Position numbers and translations under genes: made by a program | From: Squalus acanthias | Taxonomy: Eukaryota | DNA: 64,000 nucleotides | Reading direction: 5' to 3' | Assembly: GCA_030390025.1 (NCBI GenBank) | Contig: CM059425.1 | Span: 260,896,001-260,960,000 of the forward strand | Part shown: positions 1-12,660 of the stretch, piece by piece | How the letters are laid out: every line of letters begins with the position of its first letter | Position numbering within the stretch: position 1 is the stretch's first letter | Notes under the pieces: model-generated | What the model saw: the letters and a program-made list of their open reading frames with translations, nothing else | The model's database searches: none | Told to the model about the DNA's origin: nothing

Positions 1-288
1 GGCCAATACTGACCCAACGTCACAGGCTGAGGGGGCCGAACTCTGAACCCAAAGGGGCATTTAAAACTGAAGGGTGCTCGGCCCATACTGACACAGCATC
101 ACAGGCTGAGGGGGCCGAACTCTGAACCCAAAGGGGCATTTAAAACTAAAGGGTGCTCGGCCCATACTGACACAGCATCACAGGCTGAGGGGGCCGAACT
201 CTGAACCCAAAGGGGCATTTAAAACTGAAGGGTGCTCGGCCCATACTGACCCAGCATCACAGGCTGAGGGGGCTCAACTCTGAACCCA
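1..288. repeat. 79-bp tandem repeat, ~3.6 copies (truncated by the window start)
   Basis: Unit ggcccatactgacacagcatcacaggctgagggggccgaactctgaacccaaaggggcatttaaaactgaagggtgctc starts at 1, 80, 159 and 238. Confidence 0.95.
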
Positions 289-1094
289 TTGCTGGGCTAA
301 GTTTGAACCAGCTGTACTAGAGAGAACCATTTCTCACAAGGCACAGTAAATTTAAATTAAATTATTAGTACGTTTAAATTATCGTTTACCCATGACTTTT
401 AGAATAATATATTGTAGATTACGAATATGATTTAATTTTTATTTTTGCTAATTCAAAATTTGTCTTTAGCAAGAGCCATATTGAGTTTTTTTAAGTAATA
501 AGTTTCAACAACTTAAGATAACAGACATGCATCGTGTGTGGATGTGTAATGCCTACATATTTTTTTATATTGACTTGTAGACTGTGTTTGCACAAAGTGT
601 ATAGTACTGTGTGCGTGTGTGCACAAAGTATATTGTTTGGCCTAGCCAAGTTGTTAAACACTAGGTGTGTAGAGGCAGTGCTTGTGATTTGATGTGGCTG
701 TGCCACTAACACTATCATTTGGTGCAGTTTGCTTTGTGTTATGCTGTGTGATTGGGATACGGATTTTGTAATGGAATACAGGTTCTCACCAGGACGTGTA
801 AAATGCGCAATCGATAATCATACCATCGCAATAATCTGGAACACGGGGCATAACCAATCTGGGCTGGCTCCAGGGTGAGCCAAAAATGACCATGGAAGCT
901 GTTGGATTGCTGTAAAAGCCCAACAGGTTAATTATGATTACAGTAGTGCAGTGGGTATGTTCAATGTTCCCTTCAATTTTTATTTTGGGTGGGCGGCCCA
1001 TTCAAAATTCCGCGCATGCGCTGTTTTCCCTATTTAAAAGCCGGTGAGCCAGCTGCGTGGGAGTTACAGAGCGCTGCACGGCCTATAGGGAACA

Positions 1095-1492
1095 TTGGTT
1101 ATGTTACTGCACTAGTAATCCAGAGACCAGACCTAGTATTCCAGCGAATGGGAGTTCAAATCTCGCCATTTGAATTCGGTTTTTTAAAAATCTGGAAATA
1201 AAATTTTTTAAAGTTTGCCATCAGTAAAAGTGACCGTGAAGCTGTCGGATTGTCTTAAAGACCCAACTGGTTCACTAATGTCCTTCAGAGAAGGAAACCT
1301 GCCATCCTTACCCGTTCTGGTGTATATGAGACTCCAATCACACATCCACGTGGCTGACTCTTAACTGTCCTCTGAAGTAGCCTAGCAAGCCACTCCCTCA
1401 TATCAAACTGCTATCAGCAGTTCACAAAGAAGACCTACCACCACCTTCCAAAGGCAATAAAATACCAGCCTTGCCAGCAACGCCCACATCCA
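1095..1492 (+). mobile_element. tRNA-derived SINE with LINE-like 3' tail
   Basis: Head with gttactgcactagtaatccagag...ggagttcaaatc (B-box-like). The tail aataaaaataccagccttgccagcaacgcccacatcc is shared with the LINE family at 6965 and 18052. Confidence 0.6.
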
Positions 1493-1977
1493 AAGTCAAG
1501 TGGCAGCCATACCTGGTCTGGCCAGCACATGATTGGCATCCGCACTGTGTGACTGACTCATAACACCCTGCGAAGTGTGGAAGCAATTGCTTAACATTAG
1601 CTGGCACAGACACAATGGTCACCTCCTGTACTGTTAACTGCTATGGCTTTATGGTTCCACCTATCTTTCCTTGGACTAAGGGTTGTGCTGCGAGGAATAC
1701 CAGAGGATGAACATTTGGGATTAACGAAGCTAACTTGAAATCAGTTGAGAGATTAAATTCTACCCCGGGACAATCTTTTCCCTGGTCGATAGGAACTGGG
1801 TTTCTGAGGACTCCCATTGTCCCCCAAAAAATAATCGTTGCAGCATCCTTTCTTCTGACTCATTGAGGTCAACTGCAGTGGTTGCTTTTCAGTGTTGAGC
1901 AACCTGATGGAAGTGAGTTGTGCGCTTGTCCGGCACATTGTGGTTGGAGTTGGGTTGTGTGGCTGTGTCTGTACGGC

Positions 1978-2057
1978 AGCTGGCACACCTGGGCAGTGAG
2001 CTGGCACACCTGGGCAGTGAGCTGGCACACCTGGGCAGTGGGCAGTGAGCTGGCACT
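1978..2057. repeat. 21-bp minisatellite (agctggcacacctgggcagtg) x~3.5
   Basis: Direct inspection. Confidence 0.9.
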
Positions 2058-2354
2058 CTTGGTCATTGAGCTGCAACTGGCTCATCTGGCCATTTTGAGC
2101 TGCACGTGTTTGTACTGAAAATGTTGTGAATTTGTAATTTGCTGTCTGGCGGGTGTCATTGAATTAAGAATCATTTAGGTACTATTTTATTTGGTGTTTG
2201 GACACACAGCGATCTATTCCTGTCTGTTACAATGCCATGTGCAGCATCCCCTGTCCAGGAGTATGGCCCTAGAGGGAACTGCTGCTGGTCCAATTTGATG
2301 TCTGTTCTTTCTCACTGGTGCTAACTGACGAGAGGTGATCAGGCTGCAGCTCGT

Positions 2355-4320
2355 GGAATCATAGACTCTTTCAGCACAGGAGGAAGCTATTTGGACCATC
2401 GTGCCAGCGCCAGCTCTTTGAAAGAGCTATCCAAATAGTCCCACTCCCTCCTGCTCTTTCCCCTTAGCCCTGCAAATGTTTCTTTTTGAAGTATTTATCC
2501 AATTCCCTTTTGAAAGTTACTATTGAATCTGCTTCCACCACCCTTTCAGGCAGTGCATTCCAAATCATCATAACTCGCTGACTTTAAAAAAAAAAAAAAA
2601 AATCTCCTCTTCTCCCCTCTGGTTCTTTTGACAATTATTTAAAACCTGGTTACCGACCCTCCTGGCAATGGAAACAGTTTCTTCCGATTTACTCTTATCA
2701 GAAACCTTCATAATGTTGAACCCCTATTAAATGTCCCCTTAACCTTCTCTGGTCTAAGGAGAACAATCCCAGCTTCCCCATTAAGTTAGCGGCCGATCTA
2801 CTCATACTCTCTCTTTGCCCCTCTTATTTCCTTTTTCACTTCCCCTCTGAACTTTCTATATTCAGCCTGGTTCTCACTTGTATTCTCAACCTAACATCTG
2901 TCATATGCCCCCTTTTTCTGCTTTATATTGCTCTCTCTTTCGTCATCCAGGGAGCTCTGACTTTGGTTGCCCTACATTTCCCCCTCATGGGACTGTACTC
3001 GAACCATCGGCTCTTTAAAGGCAGCCCATTGTTCGATTAGTTTAGCCTGCCAATCTTTGATTCCAGTTTACCCGGGCCAGATCCATTCTCAACCCAGTGA
3101 AATTGGCATTCTTCCAATTAAGTATTTTGACTCTAGATTGCTCTTGATCCTTTTCCATAGCTAATCTAAACCTTATGATACTGTGATCACTGTTCCCTAT
3201 ATGTTCCCCTACTGACACTTGCTCTATTTGACCCACCTCATTCCCCAGAACCAGATCCAGCAATGCCTCCTTCCTCGTTGGGCTGGAAACTTACTGATCA
3301 AGAAAGTTCTCCTGAACACACTTCAGAAATTCTTCACCTTCTCTCTGTCCTTTACACTATTACTATCCCAGTCTATATTGGGATAATTGAAGTCCCCCAT
3401 TATCACTGCTCTATTGTTCTTGCACCTCTCTGTAATTTCCTTGCAAATTTGCTCCTCTATATCCTTCCCACTAGTTGGCGGCCTATAGAATACACCTAGT
3501 AGTGTAATGGCACCTCTATTGTTTCTCAACTCTAACCAAATAGATTCTGTCCTTGAGCCCTCCAGGACATGCGCTCTCTCCAGCACTGTCATATTCTCCT
3601 TAATCAATACTGCCACCCCACATCCTTTCTTTCCTTCCCTATCTTTCCTGAACACCTTATATCCAGGAATATTTAGCCCCCAATCCTGCCCTTTTTTGAG
3701 CCAGGTCTCCGTTATTGCCACAACATCATATTCCCATGTGTCTATTTGCGCCTGCAGCTCACCAACCTTATTTATCACACTTTGTGCATTCACACACACG
3801 TGCACTGTAAACCTGTCTTAGACCACCTTGTATTCTCTCTTAATCTGACCCTACCTAACACCGTACTATTTCTTACTCTGGTGCTATCTGTCTCTCCCAA
3901 TCCTTTGTGCACCTTGTTTCTCCTTTCTACTGCTGCATCCTGGTGCCCATCCACCTGCCAAATTAGTTTAAACCCTCCCCAACAGTACCAGCAATCGCCT
4001 CTTTTCTCCCCCCCCCCCCCGGCAAGGACATTGGTCCCAGCTCTGTTGAGGTGTAACCCAACCGGCCTGTACAGGTCCCACCTTCCCCCAGAATCGGTCC
4101 CAATGTCCCAGGAATCTGAAGCCCTCCCTCCTGCACCATCTCTCCAGCCACGCATTCATCTGCTCTAACCTCCTATTTCTATACTCACTAGTTCGTGGCA
4201 CCAGGGATAATCTGGAGATTACTATCTTTGAGGTCCTGCTTTTTAATCTCTTTCCTAGCTCCCTAAAATCTGCCTGCAGAACCTCATCCCTCTTTCTACC
4301 TATGCCTATGATACCGATAT
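2355..4320 (-). mobile_element. Degenerate CR1 LINE fragments (ORF1 esterase end, ORF2 AP-endonuclease, 3' end)
   Basis: ORF 3323-3805 has NAQS...AITETWL...GVFYRPP...MGDFN (APE); 3968-4201 has NAWLERWCRREGFRFLGHW (CR1 ORF1). Confidence 0.85.
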
Positions 4321-4549
4321 GGGAGTGTCAGTTTACCATGTGGCTGTTTCTCCTCTGTGCTAGACTCCTGGATCTTAAGGTGTTAAATGTGAGATTATTT
4401 AGCGAGTAAACCACTTGTACTATCCATGTCGAGCTGTAAAATGGTGCAGTATTTCCCATCCAATCCTTGTTGATGGAGGAAAGCAAAGCAACGTGGCTGA
4501 TAGAAAACCCGCACTGATTTGTGTTCGTTAAAAGGACAGGAGGCTGACG

Positions 4550-4830
4550 TGTGTCATCTGCCTGACTCCCCCCTCTGCAACCGAGTGCTCCTTTCCACCT
4601 CCCGCGCTCACGTTTCCAAGAACTGGACGCAGAGGGCGTGCGTGGGCAGCGAAGCCGCACCGGGAGGGAGGAGGCTAACTGGCCGTCTGCTGCAGTATCT
4701 CTCCAACCAGGTCCGACAGCGGCTGCCCTTCGCTGGAGAAAATGGTCATGGCTACATCTTTAGTGAGTGAAATACACTCGATACAAGCGGCCGACAGTAA
4801 ACACCGCAGTGATTCTGGAGAACACGGTGA
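4550..4830 (+). other. CpG-rich candidate promoter/first exon of an unidentified gene (MVMATSL...)
   Basis: Non-repetitive and CpG-rich. Strong-Kozak ATG at 4742 (gaaaATGG), followed by donor-like TTA|GTGAGT (4763) or CACG|GTGAAT; STAT-type TTCCAAGAA upstream. Confidence 0.3.
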
Positions 4831-5687
4831 ATCTGTGTGTGTATAATATACACGCGCACACACCAGTTCAATTCTACAACTACAGTTGTGACAGCAATCT
4901 ATAGACCCCTTCCTCCCCACCCTGAAGGATTGAGAAACTCTGTTTCTCTCTCCACAGATGCTGCCTGACCTGCTGAGTGTTTCCAGCTTTGTCTTGTTAT
5001 TATTTCAGATTTCCAGCATCCGCAGTATTTGGCTTTTGTTCCTTGTTTGTTGCGAGTTTTTGTTCGCCTTGGGATTAATGCACGTGCTGGGTCAGTTGTG
5101 TAAACCTGGATTAACGAAGGAGCAGGCTTTAATTGACAGCCAAGTTCAGTATTTTGTTTTGTTGTATACTCAGTTTTTTAAAATTTCTTGCCCCTCTCTC
5201 TCTCACCCTAAATGGCACAGTGGGTTGATGCACCGTCTGCCGTGTTATTGCCGTACAGACTGGAGACCGCCCTGGCCTACATTTACATTAGATAATCACA
5301 GCCAGAGTGGCTACCATTGGTTTCAGTCCCCTGGGGCTAAGGACGGTATTCCTGCTGCCGGTGGGATCGGCTGTAACGTGTGTGGGGTGGGGGTGGGGGG
5401 AGTGAGCTCCGCTGTGGCACCTCGGCAGCCAAATAACCTTTTCTCTCACTTGAAGCAACCTGGGTGAAGGTATCAGAGAGCTACGGGGTCCATTGGGAGT
5501 GTACCACACCAAGAGGAGGGGGAGAGAGAAGAAAATTAGCAACGAAGAAAATAATAATCTTAAAACCAGAAGCTCCAGAACTCTTCCCCTAACTCTCCCC
5601 CCACCCCCACCCCGCCCGACTCCTGATTGCATTCAAACTCCCCTTGTTGGAAGTGCATGTGTAAGGACTCAGAGTAAGGGAAGTATT

Positions 5688-6050
5688 TAGGTTCGCCAAC
5701 CCTGGTTGCACATATTTTCAGGAGGTGTCATCACATGACCTGCCCTGCCCCGCCCCTACACCCCTGCCATTGGTCGCCCGGCACGTCCATCCTCGCCGTG
5801 GACCGCCTTCCCACGGCCAATCGGAAAGCGAATAGACTCTTCATTGCCCGATTGGTTGACTCGTGATTGTCAGTCAAACAGCCTTTTTTTCCCCCAATAT
5901 TTTTATAACTAAAAACAAAAGTGTTCAAAGAATATTAATAAAACTCTTTATTTTAATGCCCCTATGATATATCTCCTGGTTGTTGCTCACAGCAGTGTCC
6001 TGGAAATTAAACTTTAATTCATGGAGACTCCTGGAGGGTTGGCAACCCTG
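5688..6050. mobile_element. MITE, probably hAT-type
   Basis: Terminal inverted repeats taggttcgccaaccct / agggttggcaaccctg; degenerate 8-bp flanking direct repeat gaagtatt/gatgtatc. Confidence 0.6.
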
Positions 6051-6964
6051 GATGTATCAGGCCATCCTGGATCAAATAAGAAAGAAATTGCGTATATATA
6101 GCGCCTCTCATCCTCGGGACGCCCCTAAAGCACTTCGCAGCCAAGGAGTTAGTTTTTCTCCAAATGCATTCGCTTGTAATGTGCACACAGCAAGATCCCA
6201 CAAACAGCACTGAGACGAATGACCGATTTTTTTTTTTCATTTTGTTGTTGGCAGTGTCGGTTAATAACGTGTCAACACTCGGCCTGGGTCCAGCCCAATT
6301 GGACTGGCATTTTGGGGCCCAAGATAGCCTGCAGGGGTCCATCCTGTCAAACCCAGGCCCCAGCAAGTAGTTGAGGCCTTCAGGGGTCAGAGGAGGAAGA
6401 AAAATCGGCACAAAACGTTTTAAGCTAGAAATGCAGACCCATCTGATTTTGCACAAGTGTCCTTGGGATATTGGCAGGCAGTTTGTTATCCATTGCCCAC
6501 TGATATCCGAGGATGTTAGTGGGAGCCATTCTATCACCAGTGGCCGATTGTCAAAGAATTATGTCTCACATTTTAGTCCAAGGCTACGATAATTGTATAA
6601 TCTAGTAACAATTTCCTCAACGTTGTGATATTTAATGTGTAATGGAATCTTCAGTGTAAACTATTGGTCTGGTCCCAATAAGTGTACTGACGAGAAATCT
6701 TTTCTTTGTATTTTGATTCAGTAAATATGCCTTAATATAAAATGAGATTACTGCCATTCCATTGTCTGCACCAAGGAGAAATTAAAAGACTATCTTTGGA
6801 GAACCTGCCAACTTTCTCGATCCTGTCACTGCTGCTGGGACTTTGTGTTAACTCTTGCCATACCAGCGTGAACCCTGTACCTCCCCATCCACACACGGGG
6901 TTGGGGGGGAAGGAAGGGGAGGTTAACCTTTACAGTTCCAGCCTCTCCCTGGAGTCCTGTACCT

Positions 6965-7335
6965 GTTTTTAATTCATTGGTGGAATGAGGGCATCGCTGC
7001 CAAGGCCAGCATTTATTGCCCATCCCCAGTTGCCCTTGAGAAGGTGGTGGTGAGCTGCCGCCTTGAACCGCTGCAGTCCGTGCGGTGAAGATATTCCCAC
7101 AGTACAGTTAGGGAGGGAGTTCCAGGATTTTGACCCAGCGACGATGAAGGAGCAGTGATATATTTCCAAGTCAGGTTGGCGTGTGACTTGAACAGGAACT
7201 TGGAGGTGGTGGTGTTCCCATGCGCCTGCTGCCCTTGTCCTTCTAGGTGGTAGAGGTTGCGGGTTTGGGAGGTGCTGCCGAAGAAGCCTTGGTTCCTGCA
7301 GTGCATCTTGTAGATGGTACACACTGCAGTGGTGG
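6965..7335 (-). mobile_element. 3' fragment of a CR1/L2-group LINE, inserted in a degenerate ~75-bp tandem repeat (6845-7560)
   Basis: Same 3' end as 18052-18588. Both flanks carry the motif acctcccatacacac...ggtgttaacc(c)ttaca. Confidence 0.7.
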
Positions 7336-7804
7336 AGACCTCCCATACACACAGTGGGGGTGGGAAGGGGGGTGTTAACCCTTACATTTCCAGCCTCTCC
7401 GAGGAGTCCTATACCTCCCATAGACGTGGGGACCCTTGCAGCGCCAGCAATTCCAGGGAACCCTCTATCTCCCATACACATAGGCTGGGTGGAGGGGGGA
7501 AGTGAAAGGGAAGGAGTTGTGTTAACCCTTGCAATGCTAGCCTTCCCAGGGAACACTATGCCTCCCTTAATGAGGTGATCAGGTGCATTATAGAGGTTGC
7601 TCAATGCACCTCTTTAATACATTGGACAACCTCTATAATGTAGCAGATTCCTTATGCAATGAAACTGTTCACGTCCATAATGTACCAGATCTCCACAATG
7701 CCCTGGAACACCTCTAATACACCTGATCACTTCTGTAATGTGTGTCCTCACCGCGATAATGCTCCTGGTGACCTCTCTAATGTACCAACCGCCAGTGTTA
7801 AGAT

Positions 7805-8272
7805 CATAGAACATAAGAATTAGGAGGTAGGCCATACGGCCCCTCGAGCCTGCTCCTCCATTCAATAAGATCATGGCTGATCGTCGACCTCAACTCCACT
7901 TTCTTGCCCGATCCCCATATCCCTTGCTTTCCCAATAATCCAAAAATCTATCTCAGCCTTGAATATACTCAATGATTCAGCATTCACAGCTCTCTGGAGT
8001 AGAGAATTCCAAAGGTTGACAACATTCGGAGTGAAGAAATTCCTCCTCATCTAAGTCTTAAATGGCCGACCCCTTATCCTGAGACTATGCCCCCTCGTTC
8101 CAAACTCCAGCCAGAGGAAACAACCTCTCAGCATCTACCCTGTCAATCCTCCTCAGAATCTTGTATGTTTCAATGAGATCACCTCTCATTCTTCTAAACT
8201 CCAGAGAGTATAGGATCAATCTACTCAATCTCTCATCAAAGGACAGCCCTCTCATCCCAGGGATCAATCTAG
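7805..8272 (-). mobile_element. CR1 LINE 3' fragment
   Basis: SLEFRRMRGDLIETYKI motif and catagaacataagaa tail. Confidence 0.85.
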
Positions 8273-9067
8273 TGTTGCAGGGCGTTTCACTAAAGAGAAG
8301 GCACCTAAGAAAATTGGAAGAAAAAGTCAAGTCTATTCAGCCCATTAAGCCTAGTGATTATGGTACTAGACTAGCAACCCAAGGATCGAGTTCAAATCGC
8401 ACCAGGGCAAGTGTGAAATTGAATTCAATAAATGTGGTAAGGTGTGTACCAAAAAAAATGACCTTGAAAACCCAATAGTGTAGAGAGAAACTATTTCCTC
8501 TGGTGGGGTGAGTCAAGAACAAGGGGCATAATCTTAAAATTTAGAGCTAGGCCATTCAGGAGGGAAATCAGGAAGCACTACCGTGTATCCTCCTCCTGTT
8601 CCTAACTGGTTCACCAATGTCCTTCAGGGAAGGGAATCTGCCACCCCTACCCGGTCTGGCCTACACGTGACTCCAGTCCTCCACTATGTGGTTGACTTAA
8701 TGGCCTTGGTGCAACGAGAGATGGTCAATACCAGTTGCCTCATCAGCATCGTCCACGTCCCAAGAACAAACGCCAAAAGTATTATTTCGAAAGGTAATTG
8801 GATATATACTTGAAGGGGAAAAGTTTGCAGGACTATGGGGGAAAGAGCCGGGGAGTGGGACTAATTGGAGAGCTCTTTCAAAGAGCCGGCACAGGCATGA
8901 TGGGCCGAATGGCCTGTGCTTTAATATTCTATGAACTCACCCTGCCCCAGCTTCCATCTGAATTTTAAACTCCCCTAATACCTTTAATTCCATCACCTGA
9001 ACTGGAAGATCAGTCCAAACGCCAACAGCTTGTGAGTAAAGACAATTATTGAAGATCTGTTTCAACT

Positions 9068-10398
9068 TAGAATCATAGAATGGCTACAGCCCAGAAGAAG
9101 GCCATTCGGCTTGTCGAGCCCATGCCGGCTCTCTGCAAGAGCACCTCAGCCAGTCCCACTCCCCCGCCCTTTCCCTGTAGCCCTGCAATTTTTTTTCTTT
9201 CAGGTCATTATCCAACTCCCTTTTGAAAGCTGTGATTGAGTCTGCCTCCACCACCCGTTCAGGCAGCGCATTCAAGATCCTAACCACTCGCTGCATTAAA
9301 AAAGTTTTTTCTTATGTCGCCTTTGGTTCTTTTGCCAATCACCTTAAATCTGTGTCCTTTGGTTCTCGACCCTTCTGCTAATGGGAACAGTTTCTCTCTA
9401 CTCTGTCCAGACCCCTCATGATTTTGAACACCTCTATTAAATCTCCTCTTAATCTTCTCTGCTCTAAGGAGAACAACCCCAGCTTCTCCAGTCTGTCCAT
9501 GTAACTGAAGTCCCTCATCCCTGGAACCATTCTCGTAAATTTTTTCTGCATCCTCTCTAAGACCTTCACATCCTTCTTAAAGTGTGGTGCCCAGAATTGG
9601 ACACAAGACTAGTTGAGGCCGAACCAGTGTTTTATACAAGTTCATCATAATTTCCACGCTTTTGTACTCTATGCCTCTTCATGAAGCCCAGGATCCTGTA
9701 AGCATATTTAACCGCTTTCTCAACCTGCCATGCCACCTTCAACGATTTGTGCATATAAACCCCTAGGTCCCTCTGTTCATGCATCCACTTTAGGATTGTA
9801 CCCTTTAGTTTATATTTCCCCTCTCCATTCTTTCTACCAAAATGTATCACTTCGCAGTTTTCTGCGTTAAATTTCATCTGCCACATGTCCACCCATTCCA
9901 CCAGCCTGTCTATGTCCTCTTGATGTCTATCACTATCCTCCTCACTGTTCATTATACTTCCAAGTTTTGTGTCATCTGCAAATTTTGAAATTGTGCCCTG
10001 TACACCCAAGTCCAAGTCATTAATATATATCAAGAAAAGCAGTGGTCCTAGTACCGACCACTGTGTACCTTCCTCCAGTCCGAAAAACAACCATTCACCA
10101 CTACTCTGTTTCCTGTCACTTAGCCAATTTCGTATCCATGCTGCCACTGTCACTTTTATTCCATGGGCTTTAACTTTGCTGGCAAGCCACTTTGTCGAAC
10201 ACCTTTTGGAAGTCCATGTACACCACGTTAGCTGCATTGCCCTCATCAACCCTCACTGTTGCCTCATCAAAAAACTCGAAGTTGGTTAAACAAGATTTGC
10301 CTTTAACAAATCCGTGCTGGCTTTCCTTAATTAATCCACACTTGTCCAAGTGACTGTTAATGTTGTCTCTGATTATTGTTTCTAAAAGCTTCCCCACT
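9068..10398 (-). mobile_element. CR1 LINE RT/3' fragment (decayed)
   Basis: [38 protein letters not shown] and RRLRGDLIEV motifs with frameshifts. Confidence 0.9.
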
Positions 10399-12660
10399 AG
10401 ATGGTACACACTGCGGCCATGTTGCTCCGGTGGTGGAGGGAGTGAATGTTTAAGGTGGTGGATGGGGTGCCAATCAAGCGGACTGCTTTGTCCTGGATGA
10501 TGTCGAGCTTCTTGAGTGTTGTTGGAGCTGCACTCATCCAGGCAATTGGAGAGTATTCCATCACACTCCTGACTTGTGCCTTGTAGATGGGTGAAAAGGC
10601 TTTGGAGAGTCAGGAGGTGAGACACTCGCCGCAGAATACCTAGCCTCTGACCTGCCACTCGGCACTTCTGGCTAAAGATGATTGCAAACGCTTCAGATTT
10701 GTCTTTTGCACTCGCATGCTGGGCTCCATCATTGAGGATGGGGATATTCATGGAGCCTCCTCCTCCCGTTAGTTGTTTAATGGTCCACCACCATTCACGA
10801 CTGGATGTGGCAGGACTGCAGAACTTTGATCTGATCCGTTGATTGTGGAATCGCTTAGCCCTGTCTATAGCATGCTGCTTCGGTTGTTTAGCATGCATGT
10901 AGTCCTGTGTTGCAGCTTTCCAGGTTGGCACCTCATTTTTAGGTACGCCTGGTGCTGCTCCTGGCATGCTCTTCCGCACTCTCATTGAACCAGGGTTGGT
11001 CCCGTGGCTTGATGGTAATGGTAGAGTGAGGGATATGCCGGGCCATGAGGTTACAGATTGTGGTGGAATACAATTCTGCTGCTGCTGATGGCCCACAGCG
11101 CCTCATGGATGCCCAGTTTTGAGCTGGTAGATCTGTTCTGAATCGATCCCATTTAGCACGGTGGTAGTGCCACACAACACGATGGAGGGTGTCCTCAGTG
11201 TGACGGCGAGATTTAGTCTCCACAAGGACTGCGGTGGTCACTGCTACCAATGCTGTCATGGACAGATGCATCTGTGACAGGTAGATTGATGAGGACAAGG
11301 TCAATTAGGTTTTCCCTCGTGTTGGTTCTCTCACCACCTGCCGCAGGCCCAGACTGGCAGCTATGTCCTTCATTGAAGTCCCCCACCCAGAGTACATTCT
11401 GTGCACTTGCTACTCTCAGTGCTTCTTCCATGTGGTGCTCAACAGGGAGGAGTACTGATTCATCAGCTGAGGGAGGGCGGTAGGTGGTAATCGGCAAGAG
11501 GTTTCCTTGCCCGTGATTGACCTGTAGCCAAGAGGCTTCATGGGGTCTGGAGTGAATGTTGAGGACTCACAGGGCCACTTCTTCCCGACTGTATACCACT
11601 GAGCTGATTCTGAGAGTAATTCTGTCAGGCTGTTGCTTGACTCGTCTGTGGGACAGCTCTCCCAGTTTTGGCAAGTCCCCAGATGTCAGTGAGGGTCGAC
11701 TGGGCTGGGTATGCCGTTGTCGTGTCCGTAGCCGGTGCCAAGGTCAATGCCGGGTGGTCCGTCCGGTTTGATGATTCTTGTTGGCCCAGAAATTGGACTG
11801 CGATGGTTGCCGCGGGGGTAAGGATCCCCCGCGATATCGCACTCCGCGCCTGCCTTTATGGTTTTGGCCCACACGAACTTCAGTTCCTGGGCCTCTCCCT
11901 GGTGCCGGCGCGCAGTGCTTGCGTGTCCCAGAGGCGCAGTTAGTTCGATGCGACCTCTGGGATCACGTGGGCCAGTTAGAGCCAATGGCAGCACACCATC
12001 TTTCATTCATAGTTTTGACAGGAAGAGCTGTCAAAGCTATGAATACAACTTGCCCCCAAAAGAACAGCTAAACCTCAATTAAATTTTTTTAAAAAATCAC
12101 ATTAATAAAATAACTATAGTTAAATAAATTAACCACTTTAAACAAAAATGTAAATTTTTGAAAAAATTTTAATTCTTTTTAAAAGTTATAAAAATAAACT
12201 TACCTTTCTTTAAAGTCTCTAAAAAAGATAAACCTGTTGAAAAAATTTTTAAATAATACTTAATTAACTACTTACCTTGTTAAAAGGGGGTCTTACGCCT
12301 GCTTTCTTCATGTGTAAAATCTTCACCACTTACCTTCGCGTTCAAACCTGATAAAAAAAAACTAAGTGTGCTGCGTGCGCACAGCCTGTAGCGCGCACGC
12401 GGTTCACTTAGGAACCGCCCCCTTCGCAATATCGGAAGTGCCGGTTTCCCGCGCATGCGCAGTGCATGCAGGAAACCGGCACTTCGGGACCGAATATGGG
12501 TGAGTGCACAGTGCGTACTCTCCCGTATTGGGACGAATTTCTGGCCTATTGTTTTTCGTAGCGGTTGTGTACAACTGAGTGGCTTGCTGGACCATTTCAG
12601 AGGGCAGTTAAGAGTCAACCACATTGCTGTGGGTCTGGAGTCACATGTAGGCCAGACCAG
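10399..12660 (-). mobile_element. Decayed CR1/L2-group LINE (endonuclease-RT pieces), interrupted by a MITE
   Basis: TYRPPSADE...WVGDFN and HRVVWHYHRAKWDRF motifs; same family as 36460-37550 and 40845-41449. Confidence 0.75.
11783..12547. mobile_element. ~765-bp MITE (PIF/Harbinger-like) with AT-rich core and internal hairpin
   Basis: TIRs ggcccagaaatt / aatttctggcct. A reverse-complement relative lies at 49933-50674. Confidence 0.75.

Noticed and set aside
1753-2118. ORFs with (AHCPGVP)n and (WHTWAVS)n repeats
   Set aside because: Products of a 21-bp minisatellite.
4921-5040. Repeat (acagatgctgcctgacctgctgag) of a type I associate with Penelope-like termini and hammerhead ribozymes
   Set aside because: The CUGANGA core and stem II are not intact here (ctgaaggattgagaaac); at most a decayed repeat fragment.
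4958-5632. Hydrophobic ORFs of 169 and 114 aa
   Set aside because: They start in repeat or low-complexity sequence and show no recognisable domain or splice structure.
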